Part shown: positions 48,953 through 60,744 of the stretch, in pieces
How the letters are laid out: each line of letters opens with the position of its first letter
How positions within the stretch are numbered: the stretch's first letter is position 1
From: Octopus vulgaris
Lineage: Eukaryota
Direction: 5' to 3'
Length of the DNA stretch: 64,000 nucleotides
NCBI GenBank assembly: GCA_951406725.2
Contig: OX597824.1
Location: forward strand, 70,742,001 to 70,806,000
The notes under the pieces: model-generated
What the model saw: the letters and a program-made list of their open reading frames with translations, nothing else
What the model was told of the DNA's origin: nothing
The model's database searches: none
Program-made: the position numbers and the translations under genes

Positions 48953-49401
48953 TTACTACGCTTATAATTAACTCCTGGTATTAAAATGTTTCCTCCACAT
49001 CTGACTTAGAGACTCACTCAGTTAAATTCAAATATGATGATGCTGGGTTTAAATGTATTGTAATTGTATTCAGGAATGTTCTTTACGATCTGTCGAATAA
49101 ATATCCTGTCGAAATCGACTTCATTTGCCATCATTCCGTTGTCGATAAAATAAAGTACCAATTATATATTGAATTAGATTTAATCGTCAAAATATGTAGC
49201 ATTATTCTATCGTTAGAAATCCCCAAGTATTTATAAAATTATTCTCTTTATCACGATAGGTGTATAGTGTTATGCTTTAAACAACCTTAATTATCAAACA
49301 AAATCGGAAATATAATCAAACAATTTAACACAATTATTTCTAATATTGACGCATTGTTACAAATTTGGATGGGGGAGAAAGTGCAAGTCCATTAAATGAT
49401 A
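48400..49401. repeat. 118-bp direct repeats (48400-48517, 49284-49401)
   Basis: acctta.ttatcaaacaaaatcgg...aagtccattaaatgata occurs twice with about 3 differences. Confidence 0.9.
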
Positions 49402-49773
49402 TTTCATTTTATCAACACCGTTAATCACTGGGTTTTTTTTTTTCAGTTTCCTCGCCTTTTTGCACTTGTTTTTATCACAATATTTCGGCTTTAAAATTCC
49501 TTATCAAGAGAAAATAGAGACTGAGTTTAGTTCTTATCACAGATAAGTAACGATAGGGAGAGAAGACTTATGCAGATTGATATTGTACAATTAGTCGATT
49601 GGCGTCACGCATTTGCTGACGCTTGTTCATTATCGGAATACATTTTTTTTAAAAATAAGAACGGTTTTTTTTAATCCTCAAATTTTCAGTATTCTATTCC
49701 GTAAATTTGATTGTACCACGCTAGTTATGACATCTCTTCAGATATTTTCTAGCACCCTAATACTCGGATGTGA

Positions 49774-50103
49774 AGGCGCATGGCTCAGTGGTTAGACCGT
49801 CGAGCTTACGATTGCAAGGTTGTGAGTTCGAATCCCGGACCGAGCTGCGTGTTGTGTTCATGAACAAGACACTTTATTTCATGTTGCTCCAGTTCACTCA
49901 GCTGTAGAAATAAGTTGCGACGTCACAGTTGCCAAGCTGTATTGGCTTTTGCCTTACCCTTGGATAACACTGGTGGCATAGAGAGGGGAGGCTAGTATAC
50001 ATGGGCAACTGCTGGTCTTCCATAAACAACCTTGCCCGGACATGTGCCTGGGAGGGTACTTTCTAGGTGCAATCCCATGGTCATTCATGACTGAAAGGGG
50101 TCT
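49774..50103 (+). mobile_element. Full-length SINE family C
   Basis: aggcgcatggctcagtggttag...gagttcgaatccc; approximate TSD aatac/ttcggatg. Confidence 0.88.
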
Positions 50104-50203
50104 CAGAATATTCGGATGGTATCATATTTGATCGAATTTGGTCGGAAAGTCATGTTCGATAGGGTTTGAACATATTCTCAGTAGTAGGCGAATCGGTTCA
50201 CAC

Positions 50204-50369
50204 AGGCGCAGATGTGGCTGTGTGATACAAAATTTTGCTTCCCAGCTATACGGTTCCAGGTTCAGTCCCATTGCGTAGCACCTTGGACAAGTGACTTCCG
50301 CTATAGCCCCGGGCCGACCTAAGCCTTGCGAGTGGATTTACTTGACGGAAACTGAATGAAGCCCATCGT

Positions 50370-50409
<40 letters not shown>

Positions 50410-50612
50410 TTGTGTCTATGTTTGCCCCCTTCACAGCTTGACGACCGGTGTTGGTTTGTTCACATCCTCATGATTTAGCAGTTCGACAAAACAGACTGAT
50501 AGAATAAGTAGTAGGCTTAAAACAAATAAGTTCTGGGACCGACTTGTTCAACCATATCCTTCAAGGTGATGCCCCAGCATGACCGTTGTCCAATGACTGA
50601 AACGAGTAAAGA
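50204..50612 (+). mobile_element. SINE family A (diverged)
   Basis: ggcgcagatgtggctgtg...gactgaaacgagtaaag. Confidence 0.82.
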
Positions 50613-51539
50613 TAAACCATATGACAGCGGAAGCACTCAAGCTGCCTAGGACCGGTCGTTTAACGCAATTGTGTCATTCCAGTGCTTGTGTAGACCGCCA
50701 ACACCACCATGAGTTCCACATCGACTGTGTGGTGTCTGTTCAATGTTTGAAGCATACCGTTGTCTTTAGTTCTCAGGGTGCAAAGGACCTTGAAATTTGA
50801 TTACTGGTCTTGGTCTGTAAGAGTAATGTAGTGTATCTGAGACTGCCGAGACAGTACTCAGACACCGCTGAAGACACCGATCATTGATAGCAACAACTCG
50901 TTATTTTATCATTTGAGAAGAATTCTCTCCATTGAATTATTACACCCAATGCATAAAATTGATCTAATTATACACTAGAAGGTATTTAACCTGACCGTAA
51001 CACGTTGGAGGATATATAATGAATATAAAAGCAGAATCACACACATATATGTACATGAATAGTTATATAATCGCAAATATGTTCGCTAATGGGGAAAAAA
51101 AGCAAGAGAAAAGAAATGGGTCTCCGTCGGCTTCGACGATGAGTATTCAATGTGACGCTGTGTGGGACAAAGATAGGCTTTTAAATTATAGGTGTAATCC
51201 GCCTGACGAGCCTCCACACAGTTTCTCTATTTCCAGTTTTGCTCGCAAGGATTGGGTCGACTCCAGGTTATGGTAAAAAAAAAGCACTTGCATAAGATGT
51301 TACGCAATCCGATCGAACCTAGGATCTTGTAATTATGAAATAAATTTCTCACCCGTTTAGCAATACATATATGCATAGCCACATACATGTCAGTACTTCA
51401 AAGAAATGCAATCATGCCCTAACATTGGTTTTTAAGCTGTAAGTCAATTATAAAAAAGGAGAAAATTTTATTAAGTCCTAAGGTCACCTTAAACTGTGAT
51501 TGATGTCTAATTTGAACATTTATGAGTGAGTGATGGTAC

Positions 51540-52345
51540 AGAAAATGTGGTCGAGGAGGATTTGAACATATGGGGATTTGAACAGTAAAAATATAGCAGG
51601 GAGGGACCAAGACATCTGGAGGTGAACGAGGACAGGAAAATGAAGTAGAGAATGATTTAAATAAGGGGAGTGAGATGGGGAATTTTATAGTAGGGAGAAA
51701 TTAGGACATCTGGAAGTGTCTGATAGCAAGAAAAAATATAGTTGGTAGGGATCTTGATATCTGGAAGTGAGTGAAGGTGGAAAAATGTAGTATAGAGGGA
51801 TTTGAAGAAGAAGGGAAGTGACATTATGAATAATGTAGTAGAGAATGAGCTGAACAACTGTTTGTGAGTGACATCAGGAAAATGCAGTAGAAGGGGATTT
51901 GGACATCTGGAAATGTCTGACGGCAGGCGAAAATATAGTAGGGACGGATCAAGATATCTGTAGGTGAGTAAGGCTGGGAAAAATGTAGTATAGAGGGGTT
52001 TGAACGGCAACGGAGTAATATTAGGAATAATGTAGTAAGGAGGGATTTGGACATCTGGAAGTGAGTGACGGTAGGGAAAATATAGAGGGCAGGATCAAGA
52101 CATCCAAAGATAAGTGAGGGTGGGGAAATGTAGGAGGGAGGTATTTGAACAAGAAGCGGAGTGACATTAGAAATAATGTTGTAAGGATCTGAACATCTGT
52201 TGGTGAGTGACACCAAGAAAATGTAGTAGAAGGGGATTGGGACATCTAGAGGCAAGTGACAGTAAGATTAATGTAGAAAGTGGGATCTAAGCATCTGGAG
52301 GTGAGTGAGGGGCAAGAATAATGTCGCGGGTTTGAAGTTCCAGAG
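51540..52345. repeat. Degenerate ~49-bp minisatellite with ~197-bp higher-order period
   Basis: Recurrent ggacatctggaagtgagtga...aaatgtagtagaggggattt; ggacatctggaa.tgtctga at 51704 and 51901. Confidence 0.75.
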
Positions 52346-52424
52346 GAAGGAACGAATTGGATAAAGTGTGTAACACAGGAGCTGAGTAAGAAGCGTGCTT
52401 TATGAGGTTAGAGGTAGTGTAAAG

Positions 52425-52491
<67 letters not shown>

Positions 52492-52493
52492 CT

Positions 52494-52557
<64 letters not shown>

Positions 52558-52598
52558 CAGCAGTAGTAGTAGTAGTAGTAGTAGTGATGGTGGTGATG
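52425..52598. repeat. (GTA)n/(GCA)n microsatellite
   Basis: Visible. Confidence 0.95.
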
Positions 52599-52689
52599 AA
52601 TTGTATTAAAGGTACCCTCCACTCTAAAGCCAGGGCCGAGCTCTTCTATGCTCAGCCAAAACAAAGCAAAGTTATATAGACCTCCTTGA

Positions 52690-52806
52690 TTCAAGTTAGA
52701 GACGGGGTGCGTATTATACACAAGATTTAGGTTTTTCAGAGGTACAGCCCCCTAAAAATCCCCTGCGTATTATACTCAAGGGCGGACTATACTCGAGGAT
52801 TTACGG
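52690..52806. mobile_element. Tc2/pogo-like MITE terminus
   Basis: gcggactatactcgaggatttacgg|ta end with repeated tgcgtattatac subterminal motifs. Confidence 0.5.
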
Positions 52807-54008
52807 TACTTAAAATAATAAGCGAAAACAAGTTATGCTTGCTTGTAAGTAAAAGCTGTGGTTATGAAGTTGAATAAAAAAAACCCGAACGTTCATTATG
52901 TTAATACTTTTTATCATAGATTTGCTTTTATCAATACTTTTATCATAGAAGGCGACTTGAGGCTAAACCACAACAAAATCAACAACGAGGTGTTTTTGCT
53001 GTGCGCGACTTATTTACAGTTAGATGGATTGGGTTATTTAAGAGCCAAACGTCTTGATCTGACAGACACAAAAACCGACCGAGACGTCAACCAACTTTAT
53101 CTCTCTACAAATTTGTGGTATCCCTGTGTCAATACGGGGAAATCAATACGTTTATTGAAGTAACTGAACACTGCGACTTGATGTCATTTTCAAATGTTTA
53201 TGTCGATATTGATACGTCGTCATAAGTAAGGTGGAATGGCAGAGATATAAGAAGACCCGGGGCGAGGTGGGGGTCAAGAAGTCTGGCGAGATTGAGTTGC
53301 TTTCTTATTCACGTTCTAAGTTAACAAGAATGAAGGCGAATGGTCCTGTGGTTAACGTTTTGCACTCGCTAGATCGTGGGTTTGATTCCCGGACCGGGCA
53401 ATGTTCTTGAACAAAACATTTCAGTTTACGTTGCTCTGCGAGGGTAGGGTAAGCGTGGCAGACTCGTTGATGCATTGACAGCGATGCTTTACGGTATATC
53501 CTCTGCCTCTCAACATTCTGAGTTCAAATCCCACCTGACTGGAAAAGACAACGGGAAACCGCTCCAGTATCCAAGTCAAGTCATGGTAACCGAAATTTTA
53601 GTAATATACTTAACGGCAGCAGTAGAGGGTACGGGCTTCCCTATGTTGTATAGAGAGTGCCGAAAAAGGTTCACAAGCACAGTACTTACCCAAGAGCAGA
53701 CTTCCGCTAGTCTAGAAGTTAGCAACAACAATAATGACCCTTTCTTCTATAGACACAAAGCAAGAAATTTCGGAGGAAGGGGCTAGTCGATAACATCGAC
53801 CCCAGTTCTCGACTGGTACTTATTTTATCAACCCCGAAAGGATAAAAAGACCTCGATACCGATAAAGTCTCCTTTGGGAAACTTCGAAGTGACTGTCAAC
53901 TGTTTCCTTGTAAAAATAGTATGTGCTGTTTTGTTGATCCTGTAGTTTAATGTTTAACTGCATTTAAAAATAATTACGCACATATATGTACAGTATATAT
54001 ATATATAT

Positions 54009-54381
54009 TACTCTTTTACTCTTTTACTTGTTTCAGTCATTCGACTGCGGCCATGCTGGAGCACCGCCTTTAGTCGAGCAAATCGACCCCGGGACTTATT
54101 CTTTGTAAACCCAGTACTTATTCTATCGGTCTCTTTTGCCGGGGACGTAAACACACCAGCAATGCTAGGGGGACAAACACAGACACACAAACACACACAT
54201 ACATATATATATATACATATATACGACAGGCTTCTTTCAGTTTCCGTCTACCAAATCCACTCACAAGGCATTGGTCGGCTCGGGGCTATAGCAGAAGACA
54301 CCTGCCCAAGATGCCACGCAGTGGGACTGAACCCGGAACCATGTGGTTGGTTAGCAAGCTACTTACCACACAGCCACTCCT
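54009..54381 (-). mobile_element. SINE family A with a long (30 bp or more) TSD
   Basis: aataattacgcacatatatgtacagtatata on both sides (about 53969 and 54393). Confidence 0.9.
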
Positions 54382-54416
54382 ATATATATAATAATAATTA
54401 CGCACATATATGTACA

Positions 54417-54481
<65 letters not shown>

Positions 54482-54525
54482 TTCAATTAGAGGTTAAATA
54501 AGCTTCATTAAGGGATAATAAATCC

Positions 54526-54780
54526 AATTTTTTCTTTGATATAAGAGATTCTTCCTTGCTCTCTTATTTTATACACATAGCATATCAACTCTGTCCTTTT
54601 ATTTTGTTTGTTTATTTATTTATTCTATTTTAAATTGTACACATAACTATTTTATTCTCTAAATTTAAAAAAAAAACTATAAAAATTTTTCTTTGATTTA
54701 AGAAATCTTTCCTTGCTCTCTTATTTTATACACATAACATATCAGCTCAGTTCTTTTATTTCGTTTATTTATTTTATTTC
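54526..54780. repeat. About 157-bp tandem duplication, AT-rich
   Basis: tttttctttgat..ccttgctctcttattttatacacata occurs twice. Confidence 0.8.
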
Positions 54781-55010
54781 ATATTACCGTTAATGATCCC
54801 TAAGTGAATGAAATGCTACTTATTTTTAAAATATATGAGCAATAGAGTCTCTTTAACTTATTTGATTAATACAAAATAGATTTAGGGTTGTCAGTTATTT
54901 TTACCAAAATAAGTACGTATAATAAATACATTTTTATTCATTTACTATTGTTTTTTTTTAACTCTGAGCATAAGCAAATATTTGTGTATGAATCTAAGTA
55001 GAAACATATT

Positions 55011-55798
55011 CTTTTCTACTCTAGGCACAAGGCCCGAAAATTTGGGGGAGGGAACCAGTCGCAAGTGGTACTTAATTTATCGACCCCAACAGGATGAAAG
55101 GCAAAGTTGACCTCGGCGGAATTTGAACGTAAAGACAGATGAATTACCACGAAGCATTTCACCAGGCGTGCTAACGTTTCTTATTTCTTTATTGCCCACA
55201 AGGGGCTAAACAAGAACAGACAAACGGATTAAGTCGATTACATCGAACCCCGTGCGTAACTGGTACTTAATTTATCGACCCCGAAAGGATGAAAGGCAAA
55301 GTCGACCTCGGCGAAATTTGAACTCAGAACGTAGTGGCAAACAAAATGCCTATTTCTTTACTACCCACAAGGGGTTAAACACAGAGAGGACAAACAAGGA
55401 CAGACAAATGGATTAAATCGATTATATCGACCCCAGTGCGTAACTGGTACTTATTTAATCGACCCCGAAAGGATGAAAGGCAAAGTCGACCTCGGCGAAA
55501 TTTGAACTCAGAACGTAGCGGCAAACAAAATGCTTATTTCTTTACTACCCACAAGGGGCTAAACACAGAGAGGACAAACAAGGACAGACAAACGGATTAA
55601 ATCGATTATATCGACCCCAGTGCGTTACTGGTACTTATTTAATCGACCCCAGTGCGTTACTGGTACTTATTTAATCGACCCCGAAAGGATGAAAGGCAAA
55701 GTCAACCTCGGCGGAATTTGAACTCAGAACGTAACGGCATACGAAATATCGATAAGCATCTCGTCTGGCGTGCTAACGATTCTGCCAGCTCGCCGCCT
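55011..55798 (-). mobile_element. SINE family B tandem array (4 cores)
   Basis: Junctions at 55181/2, 55350/1 and 55534/5. Confidence 0.88.
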
Positions 55799-56346
55799 TC
55801 ATATTATTTACACAATTATATATTTATACAATTTTTCTGCATGTGATTTCTGTACAGATATTAACATGTATTTATTATGTATGAGCGTGTAAATATATGT
55901 AAGTACATATGCAAGATGAGATAATTTAACGCCCATTTATTTTCATTTTTTATTTCTATATATTTTTTATGTATTTCTATATATTTATAATCATGTGGAT
56001 GTATTTATGAAATATATATGAATATATCTATAACTCTCTCCATTTCTTATTTTTACTTACGAACTCATTCACCCTCATTACTTAAATTTTTATAAATATA
56101 TTTACCCCAATATTAATATGATACTTAAATACACGGTTAATTACTATATATTATTTATCTCTATACTTTTTAATGATAACCCAGAGTATATTATATATTA
56201 TATTACACATTTATTTCTTTTTCCTAATTATACACCCTTTCTCCCCTTTATGAGGTCTACGCCAAATTTATCCATAAATCAATGCACAATTAGCTGAAAT
56301 GTTCTGTACACTTAACACATATAAATGTGATGCTATATCTTTTTTC

Positions 56347-56430
56347 TACCTCCGACGAGATTCAACTTTATAATATTTGAATTATTTCAGTTAAAATCTT
56401 TAAAGTCTGAATCGAAACAGCTGTCAGGGA
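56347..56430 (+). ncRNA. Degenerate type I hammerhead (core U4 changed to C)
   Basis: TACCT-ccgacga-GATTCA...TGAATC-GAAA-CAGCTG-TC-AGGGA. Confidence 0.6.
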
Positions 56431-56500
56431 TTATGTCTATATTTGTAATTAATAGATATAATTATTAATTGAATTATCTCTATTTTCTTATTTTTCTCAC

Positions 56501-56548
<48 letters not shown>

Positions 56549-56565
56549 GTGCGTGTGTGTGTGTG

Positions 56566-56597
<32 letters not shown>

Positions 56598-56694
56598 TGT
56601 ATGTATGTATGTATGTATGTACGTATGTATGTACGTATGTATGTATGTATGTATATATATATATATATTTCGATGGGTGAAATTTTTTTATTTA

Positions 56695-56754
<60 letters not shown>

Positions 56755-56770
56755 AACAGACAGACAAACC

Positions 56771-56845
<75 letters not shown>

Positions 56846-57468
56846 CTTATGAAAAGAAGACTTGTTTTGTTTGAGAAAATTGTACAAATGTGCTTTATTT
56901 TGTACAGTTTCGGGCTGAAGGTCATCTGAAACCGAGGAGATCGATTTGCTAATGTTGCTCTTAGACATATCCTATCTACGAGTTTGAGCCTAAACACATC
57001 GTATTTCAAGTAAAATGATATTATCTGCTCTACAAATACCAAGGGTTCGCGTTAAAATATCTGATAAAAGAGAGAAAGAAAGAGAGTAATGAATTTCCTA
57101 CTGAGTTTTGAAGTATTGAATTCAGGTTTTCTTGCTCAAGACTACGGCCTACCTTACTACCATATGACAAGGTCAGTTTAGAAAAAACTAATTCTTTTGG
57201 CTTGAAAGGCATTAACGCCTACACGAATACTGTTCAATCAGTCAAGTATAACCAAGTGAACTGAAAGCCTACTGCCAAATATTCAGGTCGAATTTTCTAG
57301 AAATCTCCAGGAGTGTTGTAAAAGCTGTTGTTTTGAGTTACCTCAAAGAACAACTTCAGCTGTTACGCAGAAGCGTGACAAGGTGTTTTCACTTTATTTT
57401 CTGCTTTCTCCACCTATAATGACCATGAATAATTTCCATATAAATCGCTAAACAATTTTATTCAACAA

Positions 57469-57860
57469 CTAGCAGTATCGCCCGACGTTGCTCGGGTTTG
57501 TAAGGGAAATAACTATATAAGCATTTTTAGAGATGTAAAGTATAATAGCCATCTCAATATGGCTAACCACAAAGGGGGGTGTTACTGTAGCTTTTTACGT
57601 TCTGAGATTTAATAATACATTTTTAGAGAGTTACTTCCCTTATATATGCCAAAAATGCATTAAAAACGGGAAAAATTGATGGTAATTTCTTTTTTAAATC
57701 GTAGACTCATCGTAGACGCGCGCTAATACCCAGAAGGGCTCAATATGAATCACGACTATAAGATACCCGGTTTTGGTTAAACTGCACCGCAAAATGTGGG
57801 AGTAGTTAGGAATCTAAATCATAGGGGACAGACACACAACTTCACTTTTATATATAAAGA
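57469..57860 (-). mobile_element. Non-autonomous Helitron, same subfamily as 41207-41507 plus a 96-bp extra segment
   Basis: TC and CTAG ends, hairpin; extra segment bounded by catttttagaga repeats. Confidence 0.85.
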
Positions 57861-58361
57861 TATCTGACTAGAAATCATTAAGTAATACGTTGTACACTGC
57901 TGTAGTTAGGCATCTTCTCTGTAACAACATGGCGTCATTAGGGCCCCTTTTTCTCTCTTTTAGATATGGTCTTAGTCATTTATTCTTTGTTGGTAGGATA
58001 CGATATGAAGTAAGCCGCGTATGAAGACGAGAACGACCACATTAATAGCTATATAGCTTTCCATACATTTTTTTAATCTCCGGAACATTTGTATTTATAT
58101 ATGTCCAACAATTGTTATCAAGGGACTACCGGTTTTCTGCTAGTCCCTTGATAATATTTTCACATTTGATTCCCAATTCTAATAATTTTTATATTTTACG
58201 TCTAATTATTTCTTTGTATAAAAGTGCTCACTTACTTAGTAAATATTGCTTTCATTATTTTATCACAGTCATAATCTTTCTCTTTTAAACAAACGTCACG
58301 GTAGTCCAACAACAGAGAGAGCGAGAGAGAGAGAGAGAGGAGCAATTTGTTAAGTTTTTAC

Positions 58362-58412
58362 CTTGCCCTCAAAGCAACATAAAGATTACAACTCAGCAGC
58401 CCATCTGTAAGC
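58362..58412 (-). other. Candidate small exon (UTR or coding)
   Basis: (CT)n tract plus aag acceptor and a strong AAG|GTAAAA donor. Confidence 0.2.
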
Positions 58413-58949
58413 CTTGCAGTGTATGAAAGAGAGAGAGAGAGAGAGAGGCGAGGGAGAAAGAACATTGCAAACAATGAATGAAATAAACATGAAATGAAAA
58501 AATCGTATAAATAAAAGGGTATTACAACAGATGTATACGTCCCCGACTTTGTTGCCTCATAACACCCAGAAAAATTGATACTTTTTAACAAAATTTTCTG
58601 CAGATATCGTTTAGATGTTGTGGCTTCAAAGTATATAGGGATTTATGGGAAATAATTTTTCCGAGCTGGTGGAGAGGGGAGTTTTGGAAAATTCATACGA
58701 TCTGACTTTTTTCCCTCATAACTTTCAGAAAAATGGGTACCTTTTAATGAAAATGTTTTCAAATCCTTTTCAAGCGTCATAGATTACGATTATAAAGAAA
58801 TTTGTGGAGAAAATTTTTTTCAGGGATTTTCCCAATTTTTTTTTTTAAAGCCACAACCTTCTAAATGATGGGGTGGGGTGCATCATTGTATGAAAAGAGT
58901 TTTGAAAACTCTCTCTTTTTACAACCCCACTCCTCCCTCATCATCCCAC

Positions 58950-60058
58950 TCCGGACCTATTTTAGCCAATATTTTCTTTTTTTTTTTTGGCACTTTAAAT
59001 CCAAAGAACATTTCGGTAAATTTCTTTTTAATTGTTAATATTTTCAGAGGGAAAAGTGAGTGATTTAAGGACGATTTGGTTGTTGTTTCTAGCACATCCA
59101 AAGACAACCCTCCTCTTTTCTTTATCACTCTCGCATGTATTGATGTTTTTCAATATTTTCCCGATAAATACATTTATATGTTATAGAAAAGAAAATTTGA
59201 GAAATTATGAATTTTTTCAACCCCACTCCCTGCTCCCGATTGTTTTCGTTTAGAGATTAAAATATTGGAGAGCCTGAGAAGGTCATTGCTGGCATTTATC
59301 CACAGTGATTTTAAAAAATTCCGGAGATGCACTTGCATAGCAAGTAACTTGGTCTGAGATCGTGTTCTGAAACAAAAACAATTGCAGCATGAAAGAACAC
59401 ACAAAAATAGTTAGTTTCACTTCAACATTTAAATTTCAATTGTGTCAAACTATTTTTGTCGCTTTGAAACTGCGACCTGCTCACTGACAAAACTTCACAA
59501 TAGTGACGCAGCACGAAGTTTTGTCAGTGAACAGGTCGCAGTTTCAAAGCGACAAAAATAGTTTGACACAAATGAAATTTGAATGTTGAAGTGAAACTTA
59601 ACTTTTTGTGTGTTCTTGAATACCTTCCACGCGTCAATTGTTGTTGATTTCAAAAAAGAGTTATGTAAAGGAAAATTCATTTTAATAGCATACTTTTCGG
59701 TTAGAAAATGTTTTCCTTACATACACATACGCGCACACGGCTTCGCTTGATTCAGGTGGGGGGTAAAAATTTAGATTACAATTTATTTTGTTGTTTTTCT
59801 ACCACCAATGGACTACGTGTGCGTCACTCCATAAAATATGTTTAAAGGGAGAAAAATATTGTAAAAACTTCAATACATGTGAGAGTGAAAAAGGAGGGAG
59901 GTTTGGGTTGTGCTAGAAGCAACAGTGAAACCTCTCTTGAATTGTTCACCTTTTCCTCTGAAAATATTTACGACTGGTTTTGTTTTTTTGTTTTTTGCTG
60001 AAAAGGCCCCTCCCATGGTTTTTAAGTTAAAAAGGAAAAAGGCCAAATTCGGTCCGGA
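58950..60058. repeat. Old diverged inverted repeat (about 58950-59165 / 59845-60058)
   Basis: aatattttcagagg...ttctagcaca...cactctc.catgtattga matches in reverse complement; ccggacc/ggtccgg outer motifs. Confidence 0.65.
59393..59617. repeat. Near-perfect fold-back: ~104-bp arms, 18-bp loop
   Basis: 59393-59496 vs 59515-59617. Confidence 0.92.
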
Positions 60059-60517
60059 TAGTTATTATTGTAAGGCGTATAGCGTTCCAAACATCCATAA
60101 CAACAAAATTATTTTTAAATACTTTTTACAAAAATTATACGAGTATTGAAAAAATTTTTCATTCAATAAATAATATTTTCGCATTACGTATACATTAATA
60201 GAATAAGCTGTCGGTTTTCCAAATAGCGAATTAAAACTTGAAACGAAAACATTAGAAGAGAAAGTGAGAGACTTTGCAAATGAAAATAGAATACTCCGCA
60301 GTGAATGCAGTGAATGCAATGAATATTTAAATTTGTGAAGAATTGGACGCAGTGAATGCAATGAATATTTAGAACTTGAGAAATCGAAATTATAGGAAAT
60401 TTCTTAGAATATGAATTTATAAAAATTTTTCCAAACGGTAAACTCTTTAATAATTACTTTCTTTTAGTACTTTTAGTAATTGTAACATACCTAATTAATA
60501 AGCAGCTTTCTCCATTA

Positions 60518-60738
60518 TGGTGGTTGGCCAAAATTCACCCGACAGTAAATCAAAATTCCATAAATACTTAATATTCAATTTTATTTATTTATTTTGAAAA
60601 ATAGTGTCGCTCAAGTTTGAATAATTTTCATGTTTAATATTTAGATGCTTTTATCAAATTTATTCAGTTGTTAAACATATATAAACCTTGGAATTAAATG
60701 GTTTTAATTTACTGTCAGGTAACTTTTGGCCAACACTG
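60518..60738. mobile_element. Tc1-like MITE
   Basis: TIRs gttggccaaaattcacccgacagtaaat / atttactgtcaggtaacttttggccaac, TA flanks. Confidence 0.75.
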
Positions 60739-60744
60739 TATATA

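Noticed and set aside
49774-49850. tRNA gene (also other SINE heads and 17572-17635)
   Set aside because: A/B boxes continue into SINE bodies or lack a closed cloverleaf and a T-run terminator.
52858-53163. 101-aa + strand ORF in non-repetitive sequence
   Set aside because: No recognisable motif or clear splice sites; unsupported.
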